Assembly (NCBI GenBank): GCA_951406725.2
Contig: OX597835.1
Location: 23,126,001 to 23,190,000 of the forward strand
Length of the DNA: 64,000 nucleotides
Source: Octopus vulgaris
Taxonomy: Eukaryota
Reading direction: 5' to 3'
The first letter of the stretch is position 1. Every line of letters begins with the position of its first letter. Under the pieces are notes generated by a model, which saw nothing but the letters and a program-made list of their open reading frames with translations, was not told the DNA's origin and did not search any database. The position numbers and the translations under genes are program-made. This document shows, in pieces, positions 1 to 13,230 of this stretch.

Positions 1-89
1 CAAACTACTTATCTGAAAGGGAAGTAATTCTTCAAATAAATTCTGAAACAGGGTTGAGGTGAAGTCTTCAGTAGCAGCACATATCATCA

Positions 90-1035
90 GTCAGTACAAA
101 CCTTTGTCCTCTTCCTCCATGAGAAGCAACATTTTCAGGTCACCCTTCATCACAAGTTCTCCTTGGTTCCACTCTTCTGCAGGTTCCACTAACTTGGCAT
201 GCCTGGCACTTTTGTATGCAGCAGTCATTCTCCATACACATCAAATGCCTGTACTAGAACAGCCTCTTCTCTTGCATAATACACCAGATTCTTTTTATAC
301 CCTGTTTTTCTCTCAACTCATTTGTGATCTAGCATACACATCCACTGGAGCATGTAAACTTCATTTTCCACTCACCTTCTGCATTCAAGACCCAGGTCTT
401 GCTACCATGCAGCTTTGCAGTTCTAACAGAGGCATCCTACAATCTGCCCTTCACTCTGAATGAAAAAGAAAAAAACCTTTGTTGCCAGCAGTGGTCATAG
501 CTCCCTCGATTTTTTCCAACACATTCTTACCGTAGCTACTATACTTTCAGAGCTGCCACCACTTAATCATGTCTCCTAAGTAAAAGAAACTCCTAACAAC
601 TCATAATGAGCCATCTGGGCATTTAAAAGATCCATTTCCACTGTCCATATGAACAGAAGAAGGCTGAGAACTAACCCTTGATGGATCCCTATCTTCACCC
701 TAAATTGGTTACTGAGATTACTGACTCTTACTTTACATACTGAATCTTTGTATCTGGCTTGCACAGCCCTCACAACCCATTTGTCTAAACCTAAATTCCT
801 CAGTAACCACCAAATGCTTTCTCCAAGTCAACAAATACCAGGAATAGAAGTTTACTCTTAATCAAGTATTTCTCTTGCAGTTGCCTCACTAAGAAGATTG
901 TATCTGTTGTATTTCTTTCAGGCACAAAGCCAAACTGCATTTCATTTGTGCTTATGGATCAATCATGCTATAACTCTCCATAACCTTCATGACCTAATCT
1001 AGCAGCTTAATGCCTCAACAATGTCCTCTTCCTAA
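90..1035 (-). mobile_element. Decayed RTE-clade LINE fragment (reverse transcriptase and C-terminus)
   Basis: Minus-strand remnants RGIKLLDQVMKV, FVPERNTTDTIFLVRQLQEKYL and VKIGIHQGLVLSLLLF; homologous to 57870-59335; frameshifts and deletions. Confidence 0.8.
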
Positions 1036-2214
1036 GAGGCTGTTTTGTTGATCGGACCAACTAGAACCCATGTTGTCGTAAATGACAGTGCCAGTTAAAC
1101 ACACACACACACACTTGTGTATCATGCTTAAAGCAGACACATCATTGAAAGCCTAATGAACTTCAGTATTCATCTTAAGATAACATCTCTAATAGACATA
1201 CAGTGTTAAAAAAAAAACAGAAATACAGCAGTAAACACTATGTCTATAAGTGATGCTGTCTCAGGATAAATACAGTTGATTAGGCTTTCAATAATGTATT
1301 AATATGTCTGCTTTGAATATGATACAAAGATTGCTGTTTTAAACTAATACTCCTCTGTTGCATACAACATACCTACATACATATAATTGTTTGTTTTCAT
1401 GTTCAGTTATAATAAAAACAATTTTACATTAATCTGAAGGGTTACTCTATATTTGTGTAGAGTACAAATTTATTATTTTGATACAAGAATGTTGTTGACA
1501 GTGACTTTGAGGTTTCAGTCAGCTAAGCCATCAGCCAATGATTGCTTAGCTGACTGAAACCTCAAAATCACTGTCAACAATATTCTTGTATAAGAATAAT
1601 AAATATGCATATATATTTTACAAATTTCAATATTTCAGGCTTTGGCCATGCTATAACACCATCTCTAAAGATATAACCAGTTATATAAGCTCCAGAAATA
1701 TGACTGGTACTTATTTTATCAAATCTATAAACTCAACATTAATGTCCATTCCTCCTCCTCCTTTGGCTGCTAACTTCTCACCTTCTCCATCTCATACAAA
1801 ATATTTTTTTCCGTCCAGTCTTTCCTCCCAGATTAGCAACCCTCAAAGTCTGGAACCCTCACAATATCAAACTTTTTCCTGCAAATATCCATTTACAGAT
1901 GTCCTAGCTACCTGAACGTCAGATTATGCTCATCCCACTCCAATCTTGGAGAACATGCAACAACCACCAATACTGGCCTTCCAACAAATTCAGGAAAAAG
2001 AAAGAAAGATGCATAGCCTGGGGATCAGGGAGTCCCAGCAGGTCAAGCTGTTACTTCTCTGCATTGAGAGGTCGCAGCTCCAGTACTAAGGACCTACAGA
2101 CATGTGTTTAGAATGTTTCAGGAAAGAATCATGAGATGGATTCTTCAAGCTGAGCTAACCAGTAGGAGACCTAGGGTTAGACCAAGAATAAAATGATTGG
2201 ATAATATCCATAGT

Positions 2215-2602
2215 CTATCATCATCATTCATCATTGTTCGACCATGGTCGAGACAATGGAATTTACCATGCTACGCCAGACTTCACGGTCCATCATAGCA
2301 TTACGGAGGTCCTGTTGCTGGATGCCTGTATCCCTGGAGATTACATCAGGGTAGGAGAGTGTGCGCCCTCTGGTATTGTGAGCAGATGGCTTCCAGAGGA
2401 GAAGAGTAGAAATTGCCTCGTTTTCAGCTCTACAACAATGTCCAGCAAACTGGACTCTCCTACCTTTCACAAGAGATGACACAGGTGGTAGTTTCCCATA
2501 TATTTGCATTTTGGTTGGATGATGCTTCCACGAGAGATTTTGAGCTCTCATAAGGAGGCGAGTGTAGGTTCCATCCAACCGCCTCTCAAGCTTCTTTGAT
2601 AG
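2215..2602 (-). mobile_element. 5'-truncated 3' end of a second RTE-like LINE family
   Basis: ORF 2231-2578 (DGTYTRLL...RRVQFAGHCCR...AMMDREVWR) is a typical RTE C-terminus, followed by a (GAT)n-like tail. Confidence 0.75.
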
Positions 2603-3013
2603 GTCGCACTTGGGAATCCTAGTCTGGAAAACCTAGTCATGCTTTGCTTTTGATAGGACCCTATTGAGGAGGTACCTGAAAACTCTACTTCCACAACCCT
2701 CCAACGAATAATTGGAGAAAATAACAGATGGATGAATTAAAAGAACCAGAACAGCTGGTAAAGGGGCCAAAAAGTTTTTTAAAAAAAGGTTTTTTGATAG
2801 TTTAAAAACAAAACAACAACAGCAGCAGCAACAGCCAATATATACATATAGTTTTATATAGAGATATTAATTTTTATAAACTTATTTCCTTGAACATTAA
2901 AAAAAAATCAGGAAGTTAGTATTACATTTTTGTTGTAACAATGGAGTCTAAAATATATAAAAAGAAAAATCTCTTAAACATAAACAAGCAGAACACCGAA
3001 TGTACATATTTAC

Positions 3014-3050
<37 letters not shown>

Positions 3051-3593
3051 GTAATAATAATAATAATAATAATAAAATTTCAAAAGAAAAAAATAAATTG
3101 AAAATACAATCCAAGATATTTAACAGGTCAGTGATCTGCTTTCCAAAACAGTAAATGGTGTTCTAGCTGTATTTACAATTATATACACATATATTTATGT
3201 ATGTATGTTTATTGTATGTGTGTGTATACAAAGTAAATGCTAATTTCATGTTACTGCTTCAAAACAAGTTTAAGAACAACAACAAAACATTTACTGATAG
3301 AGAAACTCAATATTGAAAATTGAGTTGAATCTGTTGTAAAACTTGTTTAGTGTGGGACTTTTCAGCCAGACAGATTATTCAACCAACACAAGGTGAATAA
3401 GCTGTCTGGCTAAACTTAAAAGTCCTAGTGAAAAAAAAAATTGTATGATATATAAGTATTATATATGTATATATATATATCTTCATTTTTGTGTTTGTTT
3501 TGTAAGATTCTTGATGTTAATTAATGTATTCAAACAAATCCTGTTGTGTCTTGGAAGAGCCATTACACCAATAATGATAATAATAATAATCCT

Positions 3594-4325
3594 TTCTACT
3601 AAAAGGCACAAAGCCTGAAATTTTGGGGGAGGAGACTAGTTGATTATACTGACCCCAACTCTCTCACTGGTACTTAATTTCTTGACCCCGAAAGGCTGAA
3701 AGGCAAAGTTGACCTCAGTGGAATTTGAACTCATAATTGCAATGGGCAAAATACCTATTTCTTTACTACCCACAAGGGGCTAAACACAGAGAGGACAAAC
3801 AAGGACAGACAAACGGATTAAGTAGATTATATTGACCCCAGTGCCTAACTGGTACTTAATTTATCGACCCCGAAAGGATGAAAGGCAAAGTTGACCTCAC
3901 TGGAATTTGAACTCATAATTGCAATGGGCAAAATACCTATTTCTTTACTACCCACAAGGGACTAAACACAGAGAGGACAAACGGATTAAGTAGATTATAT
4001 TGACTCCAGTGCATAACTGGTACTTAATTTATCGACCCCGAAAGGATGAAAGGCAAAGTTGACCTCACTGGAATTTGAACTCATAATTGCAATGGGCAAA
4101 ATACCTATTTCTTTACTACCCACAAGGGACTAAACACAGAGAGGACAAACAGATTAAGTAGATTATATTGACCCCAGTGCGTAACTGGTACTTAATTTAT
4201 CGACCCCGAAAGGATGAAAGGCAAAGTCGACCTCGGTGGAATTTGAACTCACAACGTAACGGCAGACGAAATACCGTTAAGCATTTCGCCCGGCGTGCTA
4301 ACATTATTGCCAGCTCGACGCCTTA
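3594..4325 (-). repeat. Tandem array of tRNA-derived SINE segments (about 4 units of 168-182 bp)
   Basis: ggtacttaatt(t)atcgaccccgaaaggatgaaaggcaaagttgacctc recurs at about 3669, 3851, 4019 and 4187; the intact SINE head is at about 4230-4325. Confidence 0.85.
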
Positions 4326-6487
4326 ATGATAATAATAATAATAATAATAAAGACACATACACTGGCTCCATATTACTTCTTTGTTGTTAATTGATTGGTT
4401 AGCTGTCTAACCAACTACATACCATATTTTAACATATATAAGGAACTCTTTTTTGTCAAACATTAGGTTAAAAAAAATATGGGAGTTTCTTATACATGGA
4501 TAGTATTATAATCCCTTACAAAACCTTTTTCCAAATTTTAAGCCCCAAAAATTAGGGGATTCCTTATACACATTAAAATATGATAATCAATTGTTTGTGT
4601 TGTTGCAACCTCATCAATGATGTACCTCCTCTCTATTATTATTGGTGTAATTGACCCTTCCTGGACAAACCAAGATAGAATATATGTATTATATATGTAT
4701 ATAAATATATATAAAGAGACAGAAGTTTTTAAGTTGTCGTTTTTCACTTACCACAGCTAGAAATGTACAGAAAAAGAAACATAATTTCTTACTTTAGCAT
4801 AAAGTCACATTTTTTTTTTTTGGAGAAGATTGCAGTCATTAATAAAACTGACTCCAGTTCTTTGGCTTTCATCCTTCCAAGTTCAAAAAAAGTTGAGTTG
4901 CCCATGCTGGAATTTGAGCTTATCATAAGCTGTTTTGACTGATGCTCTACAAATTCTGACAATTCAATACCCTTAATACCACTACTACTACTACTAGTAA
5001 TAATAATAATAGTAATAGTAGTTTCAAATTTTGGCACAAGGCCAGCAGTCTTGGAGGAGGGAGTAAGTTGATTACATGAACCCCCCAGTACTTAACTGGT
5101 ACTTATTTTATTGACCCCCCAAAAGAGGAAAGGCAAAGTCAATCTCAGCTGAATATGAACTCAGAACAAAAAGACAGACAAAATACTTTTAAGTACCTTG
5201 CCCAACATGTCAATGATACTGCCAGCTCACTGCCTTAAACTAATAATAATAATAATAACAACAATAATAATAATAATAATAATAATAATAATTTTGGAAC
5301 AAGGCCAATAACTTTTTTTGGGGAAAGGAGAAAGTTAATTATGTCGTTCTCAGTGCTCAAATGGTAATTATTTTATTGATATTGAAATTATGAATGGCCA
5401 AGTCCACCTTGACAGTAACTGAACTCAGAATGTAAAGAGCTGGAAGAAATGCAACTAAACATTTTGTCCAACATGTTAACAATTCTGCCATATTAATAAT
5501 AATAATGGTTTCAAATTTTGCTACAAGAGCAGCAATTTGGGGGGAGGGGACTAGTCAATTACATGAACCCCAGTACATAACTGGTACTTAATTTATCAAC
5601 TCTGAAAGGATGAAAGGCAAAGTTGACCTTGGCGGAATTTGAACTCAGAATGTAAATAATAATAATAATAATAATAAAAATAATAATAATAACAGTAATT
5701 TCTAACATATGCACAAAGGTAAAAAATTTTGGTGGGAGAGATAAGAGTTGGCTTTGGCAACATTTGAATTCAAAACATAAAAGATATAAGTATTGCAAGA
5801 CATTCTTGTCTGCCACACAAACCAATTCTGCCTAACTGCTACTCATTCTACGACGATAGTTTTTCTGCATCTCCAACCCATCTCCTCACTACAACTCCAC
5901 AAGAATTTAAACATGGAAATTGACTCAATGTGTTCAGTTAAAAGAAACCCAGTTATATTAATCCAGCTCTGAGTCTCATCAACACTGATGTGTGTGTGTG
6001 TGTGTGTGTGAAACCATATAATAATGCATTTGTTTTTCAGGTTTACAATATACAGCTGCTATGAAAAAGTTGACAGAAACAGAAAAAAATAATAATAATA
6101 ATCATTTGGTAGTTTTATTATAAATAATTACAAATAAAATTTAAATATAAAAAAAAAAAAAAAGATCACAAACCAATAAGGGAGCATTTATATGGTCAGT
6201 TGACCTTGCTAGAAATAGAAGCCAAATGTCTTTGCAATTATACTTTACCATATATATGTGTGTGTGTGTGTGTGTGTGTAACAAAAATACGCATGGAGAA
6301 AATCACATCTTTAATTGTTGAATTTGCCTTACAAAACCAACAATTGTTTCTATTGAGTTAACATATTTAGACATATCATTGAAATTGATATTTCTGAAAA
6401 TAAATGCTAACATGTTTTCAAGACGATCAAAAATTAGTTAAATTCAAAGTGATATATGCCTCAATTTTTTTAATCCCTTTTTTTTCT

Positions 6488-6489
<2 letters not shown>

Positions 6490-6536
<47 letters not shown>

Positions 6537-6819
6537 TATTTATATATACATACATATATATATATATATTTATATATACATACATATATATATTTATATA
6601 TACATACATATATATATTTATATATACATACATATATATATTTATATATACATACATATATATATTTATATATACATATATATATATATATACATACATA
6701 TATATATTTATATATACATACATATATATATATATATATATACATACATATATATATTTATATATACATACATATATATATATATATATATACATATATA
6801 TATACATACATATATATAT

Positions 6820-6853
<34 letters not shown>

Positions 6854-6861
6854 CATACATA

Positions 6862-6899
<38 letters not shown>

Positions 6900-6916
6900 C
6901 ATACATATATATATAT

Positions 6917-6947
<31 letters not shown>
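6490..6947. repeat. Compound (TA)n/(TACA)n microsatellite
   Basis: About 460 bp of TA, TACA and TATT units; source of the spurious YI-rich ORFs. Confidence 0.95.
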
Positions 6948-8454
6948 GGAAAGTTACAATGGATAATGTTGTCTGCAATAAACTCTATTGATGGAAGGCC
7001 TGTTCAATCAGGGGCTGAGCAGGTACTAAACAATAACAACAATACAATTTAATTAGTGAGGAAATCCTTTTTACATTTTTTTTTTTACTTATAAAAAAAA
7101 AAAGATCTTTTTAGTTTTTTGGGTTTTATTGTTATGTATTTTTCTTTCTTCCAAAGAACTGGAAAGGATATAAAGATGGGTGAGAAGATATAACAAAGGA
7201 ACAAAAGAAAAAAAGCCAATCAGACATGATTGTGTGATTAGGACATTTGCTCTGAAATGTGCTTCTACTTATAGCCTTTGCTTGACTGATTCCTTTCTAG
7301 TAAAACTTGGTAGACAGAAACAGAGCAGAAATCTATTACATGTGTGTGAGTGGGCGGAGGTGAGGGTGTCGCTTTTGTCAATAATTTTTACCTTTTATGC
7401 ATTTCAATAATTAGATTGTGACCATGCAAGGTTTAGTGTGGGAATTCTCAACCATTTTTTATCTATGGACCCCTTTGATTATTATTTTATTCTGGTGGCT
7501 CTTGAAGTCATTCAACGTTTAAAGACTAGTTTTATAGAAACTCCTTCCAAAATCCCTATTTTGTTTCCCACACATTCCCTTGTTTAGGTTGAACTATGTA
7601 AAATGTTAGAGAAAGAAACCCAGCTGTTTCTTCTAATACATAACCAATACATACATCTGAAGCAAAATTTTTCAGGGGCCCTTAAATTACTATTGCGGAT
7701 TCCCAAATAACTGTTTTGTTACTTGGACCCCACTCCCCAGTCTTATATGGCCCCTAAGTGTCCATATACATCCCGGCTGAGAATGACTGGTTTAGGGAAC
7801 AAATCGCTCCCAGTATTTAAGCTTGGTACACGTTTTAGCATTCTCTTCTGCCAAACTGCTCAGTAATGGGGATGTAAATAAACCAACACTGGTAATCGAG
7901 TGGTGGGGCTGAGGTTGACACACACACACACACACACACATGCAATTACAATGAGCTTCGGTGCAGTTTCTGTCTACCAAATTCACTCACAGGGCATCAA
8001 TCAACTCCAGATTGCAGAGCTATTATAGAAGACCATAGAGGGTGCCATGCATTGGGACTGAACCCAAAATATAGAACATAGTTGCAAAGCAAGCTTCCTA
8101 ACCACTCAGCTATACCTGTACCTATACTAACAAAAGATTTACAAGTCAGCGAAATGACAGATAAACCAGTGTTTTGATAAAAATAAAAAATACTGTCTGA
8201 TATTGACTTCACCCAAGTTCCATGGACACTCCCTTGCAACATCTGCCCTCAGATATACAGAGAAACAGCGTGACTGCTCCATTCAAGACCTCTAACCCCA
8301 ACAATGTTTATTATTGTTTACAAAATGCATGATATAAAAAATAATGTAATTTATTTGCTACAAAAATAATAACAGCAGTAGCAGCAACATTAATTGCCAG
8401 TGATGAGGAAATGTAACATAAAAATAAGGATGTTATAGTAAGCAGTAACATATA

Positions 8455-8830
8455 GGTGCAGGAGTGGCTGTGGGTAAGTAGCTTGCTTGCCAACCACATG
8501 GTTCTGGGTTCAGTCCCAGTGTGTAACACCTTGGACAAGTGTCTTCTACTATAGCCTCGGGCTGACCAAAGCCTTGTGAGTGGATTTGGCAGGCAGAAAC
8601 TGAAAGAAGCCCATCGTATATGTGTGTGTGTGTGTGTGTGTGTATGTGCATATGTTTGTTCCCCCCACTATCGCTTGACAACCGATGCTGGTGTGTTTAT
8701 GTCCCCATAACTTAGCAGTTCAACAAAAGGGAATGAACTAGGCTCACAAAGAATAAGTCCTGGGGTTGATAGGTTTGACTAAAGGCAGTGCTCCAGCATG
8801 GCCAGGAAAATGCCTGAAACAAGTAAAAGA
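8455..8830 (+). mobile_element. tRNA-derived CORE-type SINE (octopus family)
   Basis: Head ggtgcaggagtggctgtg with A/B-box-like motifs, core caccttggacaagtgtctt, internal (TG)n, tail gaaacaagtaaaaga. Confidence 0.85.
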
Positions 8831-10729
8831 ATATCTTTTACTCCCTCAGCAAATATTTCAATATCCATTTTTCAAGAGTTTGTAGTAGAGACGATCATCA
8901 TCACCATCATTTAGTGTCTGCTTTCCATATTGGCATGGGTTGAATGGTTTGACAGAATCTGGTGATCTACAGGGTTGTACTGAGCTCCAGGGTCAGCGCT
9001 TTGGCACGTTATTTTTATGGTCGGATTCCCCTCCTAATGCCCATTGCTTTGCAGAGGGTACCGGGTGCTTTTTCATGCTACCAGCACTAGTGAGCTTGCC
9101 AAGTAACTTGCAAGATGAGAAAGAACAGGAAAAGGAAAAACCCCATCATATAAGCAAGAGTATTTGAGGGTGAGATGAGGTTTAAAGCCAGAAGTTGAAG
9201 GGCTGAGGTAGGGTAGCATGACAAGCACAGGTGTCTAGCTATAGAAAAGATACATGGCTATTCCATACCATATACAGATGGGTGGGAGTATCTGGAAAGA
9301 AGGTAGAGACGGTGGGGATGAGCTGTCAGAATCTTTACTGGTATGGGGCATTGCATAGATTGCTAAATGTGGGGCACAGGCCCCACTGGTAGGGCCTGGG
9401 AAAATTGTGGTGGAGTGTGGTTCTGTACTTGCCAGGCACAAGGTTCTCATTAAAGTCATTCATTTGTTTTCTTAGTTTTTTTTTTTCTTTTTTGGTACTC
9501 AGTACTTAATAAAAAAGATACTGGTAGATTATTTTGAATTAAGTAGTTGATAGAATATTAAAAATAAAATTGTTTTTTCCAAACACCGATGGGACATACA
9601 TTCTTCAGGAAAGTTATAGTGGGGCCTGGTGGTGGGGAATAAGATTGAGAAACACTGGTTTACACCATAATTATCATGCTAATGTTCCCTTCCCAGCTGA
9701 AGGGGGTTTTGTAATACACGTTGCTTGGTGACACTGTTAGTGCAGGTACCACATGAAAAGCACCCAGTACACTGGGTAAAGTGACTGGCAATAGAAGGGT
9801 ATCCAACCATAGAAACCAAGCTGAAACACATGGCTGGAACTTTGTGCAGCTGTCTAGTTTGCCAGCAGTAGCCAAAGCGTCCAACCCATGCCGGCATGGA
9901 AAACAGATGTTAAATGGCAATGACGAGGATTCACTCTATATTTATTGTAACACAAGTTTGAACGATGAGAGAGAGAGAGAGTGGGACTATCTCTGTGTAA
10001 ACGAAGTCCATTATGATAGTTATTCATCATGCATGTTCTTCAGCAAACCAAGACACCATCACACTTTCTTGAAAGATCTAGTGCTGATAAGGAAAGAAGT
10101 AAAGGGAACAGGTAGACAACGCCATTGAAAGTCTTCAACTTTGACCCTTCACAAGGGTGGCTACAAGGGTGATGATAATTTTCCACAGACCTGGGGTAGA
10201 TGTTGACTTCCTACCCACCTAAGGATATAATAAAATACTAAACTAGAAACAATAAGGGGTTATGTTTTGCTGAACGCTCAATCATCGAAATGATGAGGGA
10301 GTCCACCATTTATTGTGATGTTTGTTATTAACAGTTTTACAAAGCAAATTCTCTTCTGGAGTTCTGTGATTTGTAATTTGTCCTTTCTATTACAAAAATA
10401 CACTTAATTTGAATGTCCAGCACACACAATACTGTCAAAGTTACACAATAAGAATAAGAGTTTTCACAGTTTAAATACTTTGAGTTGTGACCTTCATCCT
10501 TTTACAATAAAATGCATTTATAGAATCTCCGTGAAACATAACCAAAATAACAAAGATGTTATCTCTACATAGACGTAAAAAAAAAAAAATAAGAGGTGGG
10601 ATCAATCTCATTAGCTTCTACTCTCCTGGGGCCGTCAAAAGATAAAGATTATCCAACTTGTATCCATAGAAAGATTAGTAGTTTATAGTTTATACTTATC
10701 ATCCTCACTATCAACCCCACCAGGACATT

Positions 10730-10985
10730 ATTGCTTTGGGCCTGGGAGCCATAGGGGCAGCTACCTGGTTTCCATGGCATATAAATGACTGAGATCACAG
10801 CATTTCCTTTGAATGGGATGCCAGTGTGTCACAGGGAGACCCATTTACAGCTGAGTGGACTGCAGCAATGTAAAATGAAGTGTTTTGCTCAAGAACATAA
10901 TGCATTGCCCAGTCTGTGAATTGAAACCACAATCTTGGAATCAGGAGTAAAACACAGACAGGACCATGAGCCTTCACTATCATCT
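10730..10985 (-). mobile_element. Older tRNA-derived SINE of another family
   Basis: Minus-strand gttcttgagcaaaacacttcattttacattgctgcagtccactcagctgtaaatggg; related copy at about 48650-48900. Confidence 0.55.
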
Positions 10986-11821
10986 ACCAGCTTCTAATAC
11001 AGCTATATATGGTGTATACCAATGGGGACTTGGTTAAACTAGTCAGACTGGTTTGTAGTAATTGCTGTGGTTTTTTTTTTATAACCATGTTGGCTTTGAA
11101 TTCAGTCTCCCTGTACGGCACATTGCTTAAGTATCTTCTGCTATAACCCTGAGCCAGTCAATGCCTTGTAAGGCAATTGGTGTGTGTATGTATGTGTGTA
11201 AATGTATTTGTGTATGTTTACAACCTTTGGCGAGATATGGCTACAAACAGCGGTGTCGCTATTTGTGGCTGGGCTGCTGCAAGTGGTGACATTTGTTGAC
11301 ATTCCTTGTCAACAAATCGTCTGTAGGCTCTGCACTTTTTAATTCCACTGATATTGAAAATTCCCTTCCTTGGAAACAGATATGGGCTCACAACAATGGA
11401 GAACTTATGGCCATAATAACCCGGCTTCAGATATCTCTCCATCTAACCCTTACTAAGATGGAAAAACAGATATTAAATGAAAGAACGAATGAATGACTGT
11501 ATGCAGTAACAACATGGATTAATTACACCTATGCTGCAGGGACTTTGTTACTGTTGACGGTAAGGTTAAAATTGTATATTTATAAAAGAACAATACATAC
11601 CCTTTAGGCATGGTCATATGGTACCTTGGGCAAGAGTCTTTTGCTATAGCCCTGAGCAAGCCAAAGTCATGTGAGTGGATTTGGTAGATAGAAACTGGAA
11701 GAAGCCCATAGTGTGTGTGTGTGTTTGTACATTTGTGTTTTCTTGTCTCGGCATTGTGTAATAGTTGTGAATAAGTGTCACTGTCATTCTGCAAAAACAT
11801 ATTTGCCAATGGGGAAATATT

Positions 11822-12052
11822 ACCTATTTCTTTAATACCCACAAGGGGCTAAACATAGAGGGGACAAACATGGACAGACATAGGTATTAAGTCGACTACA
11901 TCGACCCCAGTGCGTAACTGGTATTTAATTTATCGACCCCGAAAGGATGAAAGGCAAAGTCGACCTCGGCGGAATTTGAACTTACAATGTAACGGCAGCT
12001 GAAATACCGCTAAGCATTTCGTCCGACGTGCCAACGATTCTGCCAGCTCACC
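11822..12052 (-). mobile_element. tRNA-derived SINE (gagctggcagaa...cctttcatcctttcggggtcgataaattaa family) nested in another repeat
   Basis: Same family as 3594-4325; many decayed copies, e.g. 5030-5235, 21920-22120, 22185-22355, 22560-22738, 43555-43765, 53445-53640. Confidence 0.8.
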
Positions 12053-12992
12053 TGGGGAAAATATTACCTTGCTGGGAAACAGTTAAGTGTTGATGACAGG
12101 AAGGGCGGCCAGCTGTAAAAAAATCTACCTTAATAAACTCCATCCGACCCATGAAAGCATGGAAAAGTCGATATTAAAATGATGATCCTCGCCATCGTTT
12201 TCATTTCAAATTATCCAAAAATTGTGTAGAATATTATGTGTTAATTAACTCAGTATCCTGTTAGATTATGTCCTCAAACAGAAGAAACTGTTTGTACTGA
12301 AGTAAAGTAAACTGTTCTATTAGGTTTTGTAAAGTCTTGCTGCTTCTGTTCACTGGTTTCTTTCTCTATATTCAATTAAATCTCACATTTTATGGAATTC
12401 TTGCAGAATTACTAACAAAATGACTGACGAGCCAGAAGTTGGTATATGATACTTTTGAAATTTGTGCTTTGGGGATTGACAGAAGCCTCATCAAACTCAG
12501 CACTGTCCTTTTGAAGCTAAAAAGACATCAGATTCAGCATGAAAGAACTTGAATTATGGATATCTTGTGTGATGTTAGCACACATTAAAATACATTCCTA
12601 AAGTGTAGCATTTAGCAGGAAAGTAAACCAAAGATTATTTACATTAACAAAAGAGAAGTCTTTTTACTGAGTCTCAGACAAACTCTATGAATTGAGACTG
12701 AGCTTAATAGTCAATCCTCTTCAGTAGACTTATTATCAGGCTTAATATCTTTCAAAGCTAGTATCTGAGGTCACTGCTCCACACTCTTAGTTAAGACAGT
12801 GCTAGATAGAGTGGAAGCGGACTGTACAAAGAAATAAATGGCACTAAATCAATCAGACCCTTGCTAGAATGGGGTCACCATGAAATATACTGATTCACTC
12901 AGTTCTTGAGTCCAAGCTTGTCTACTTAACCAAGCAAGAAGTTACAAAAACAGAAGCAAAAACATGAATGAAGCAAGAGAAACACATCAAGT

Positions 12993-13230
12993 TTTAACCC
13001 TTTTGATACCAACCTGCCAATACTGCCCCTGGACCCATGATACAAACTTCCTGTTTTATAGCGATTTAAATTAAAACTGTCCATTAAAATTTCATGCTAA
13101 TTTATGCTTGAAATCCCAGCTTAGAAATGACAGAGTTATTTTATTAAATTCTTCATTAATTTCCAAATTAATTGAAACAAAAGCAGTGCAATTCAATAGG
13201 GATTTTTGTAACAAAAGAAACAACATGTTA
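12993..13230. mobile_element. piggyBac-like MITE (TTAA|CCC...GGG|TTAA family)
   Basis: Starts ttaacccttttgatacc; homologous copies at about 14198-14424, 40571-41174, 43080-43320 and 44415-44645. Confidence 0.6.

Noticed and set aside
6404-6991. ORFs of up to 195 aa rich in Y and I
   Set aside because: They are translations of the (TA)n/(TACA)n microsatellite; the same applies to 19010-19575 and similar ORFs.
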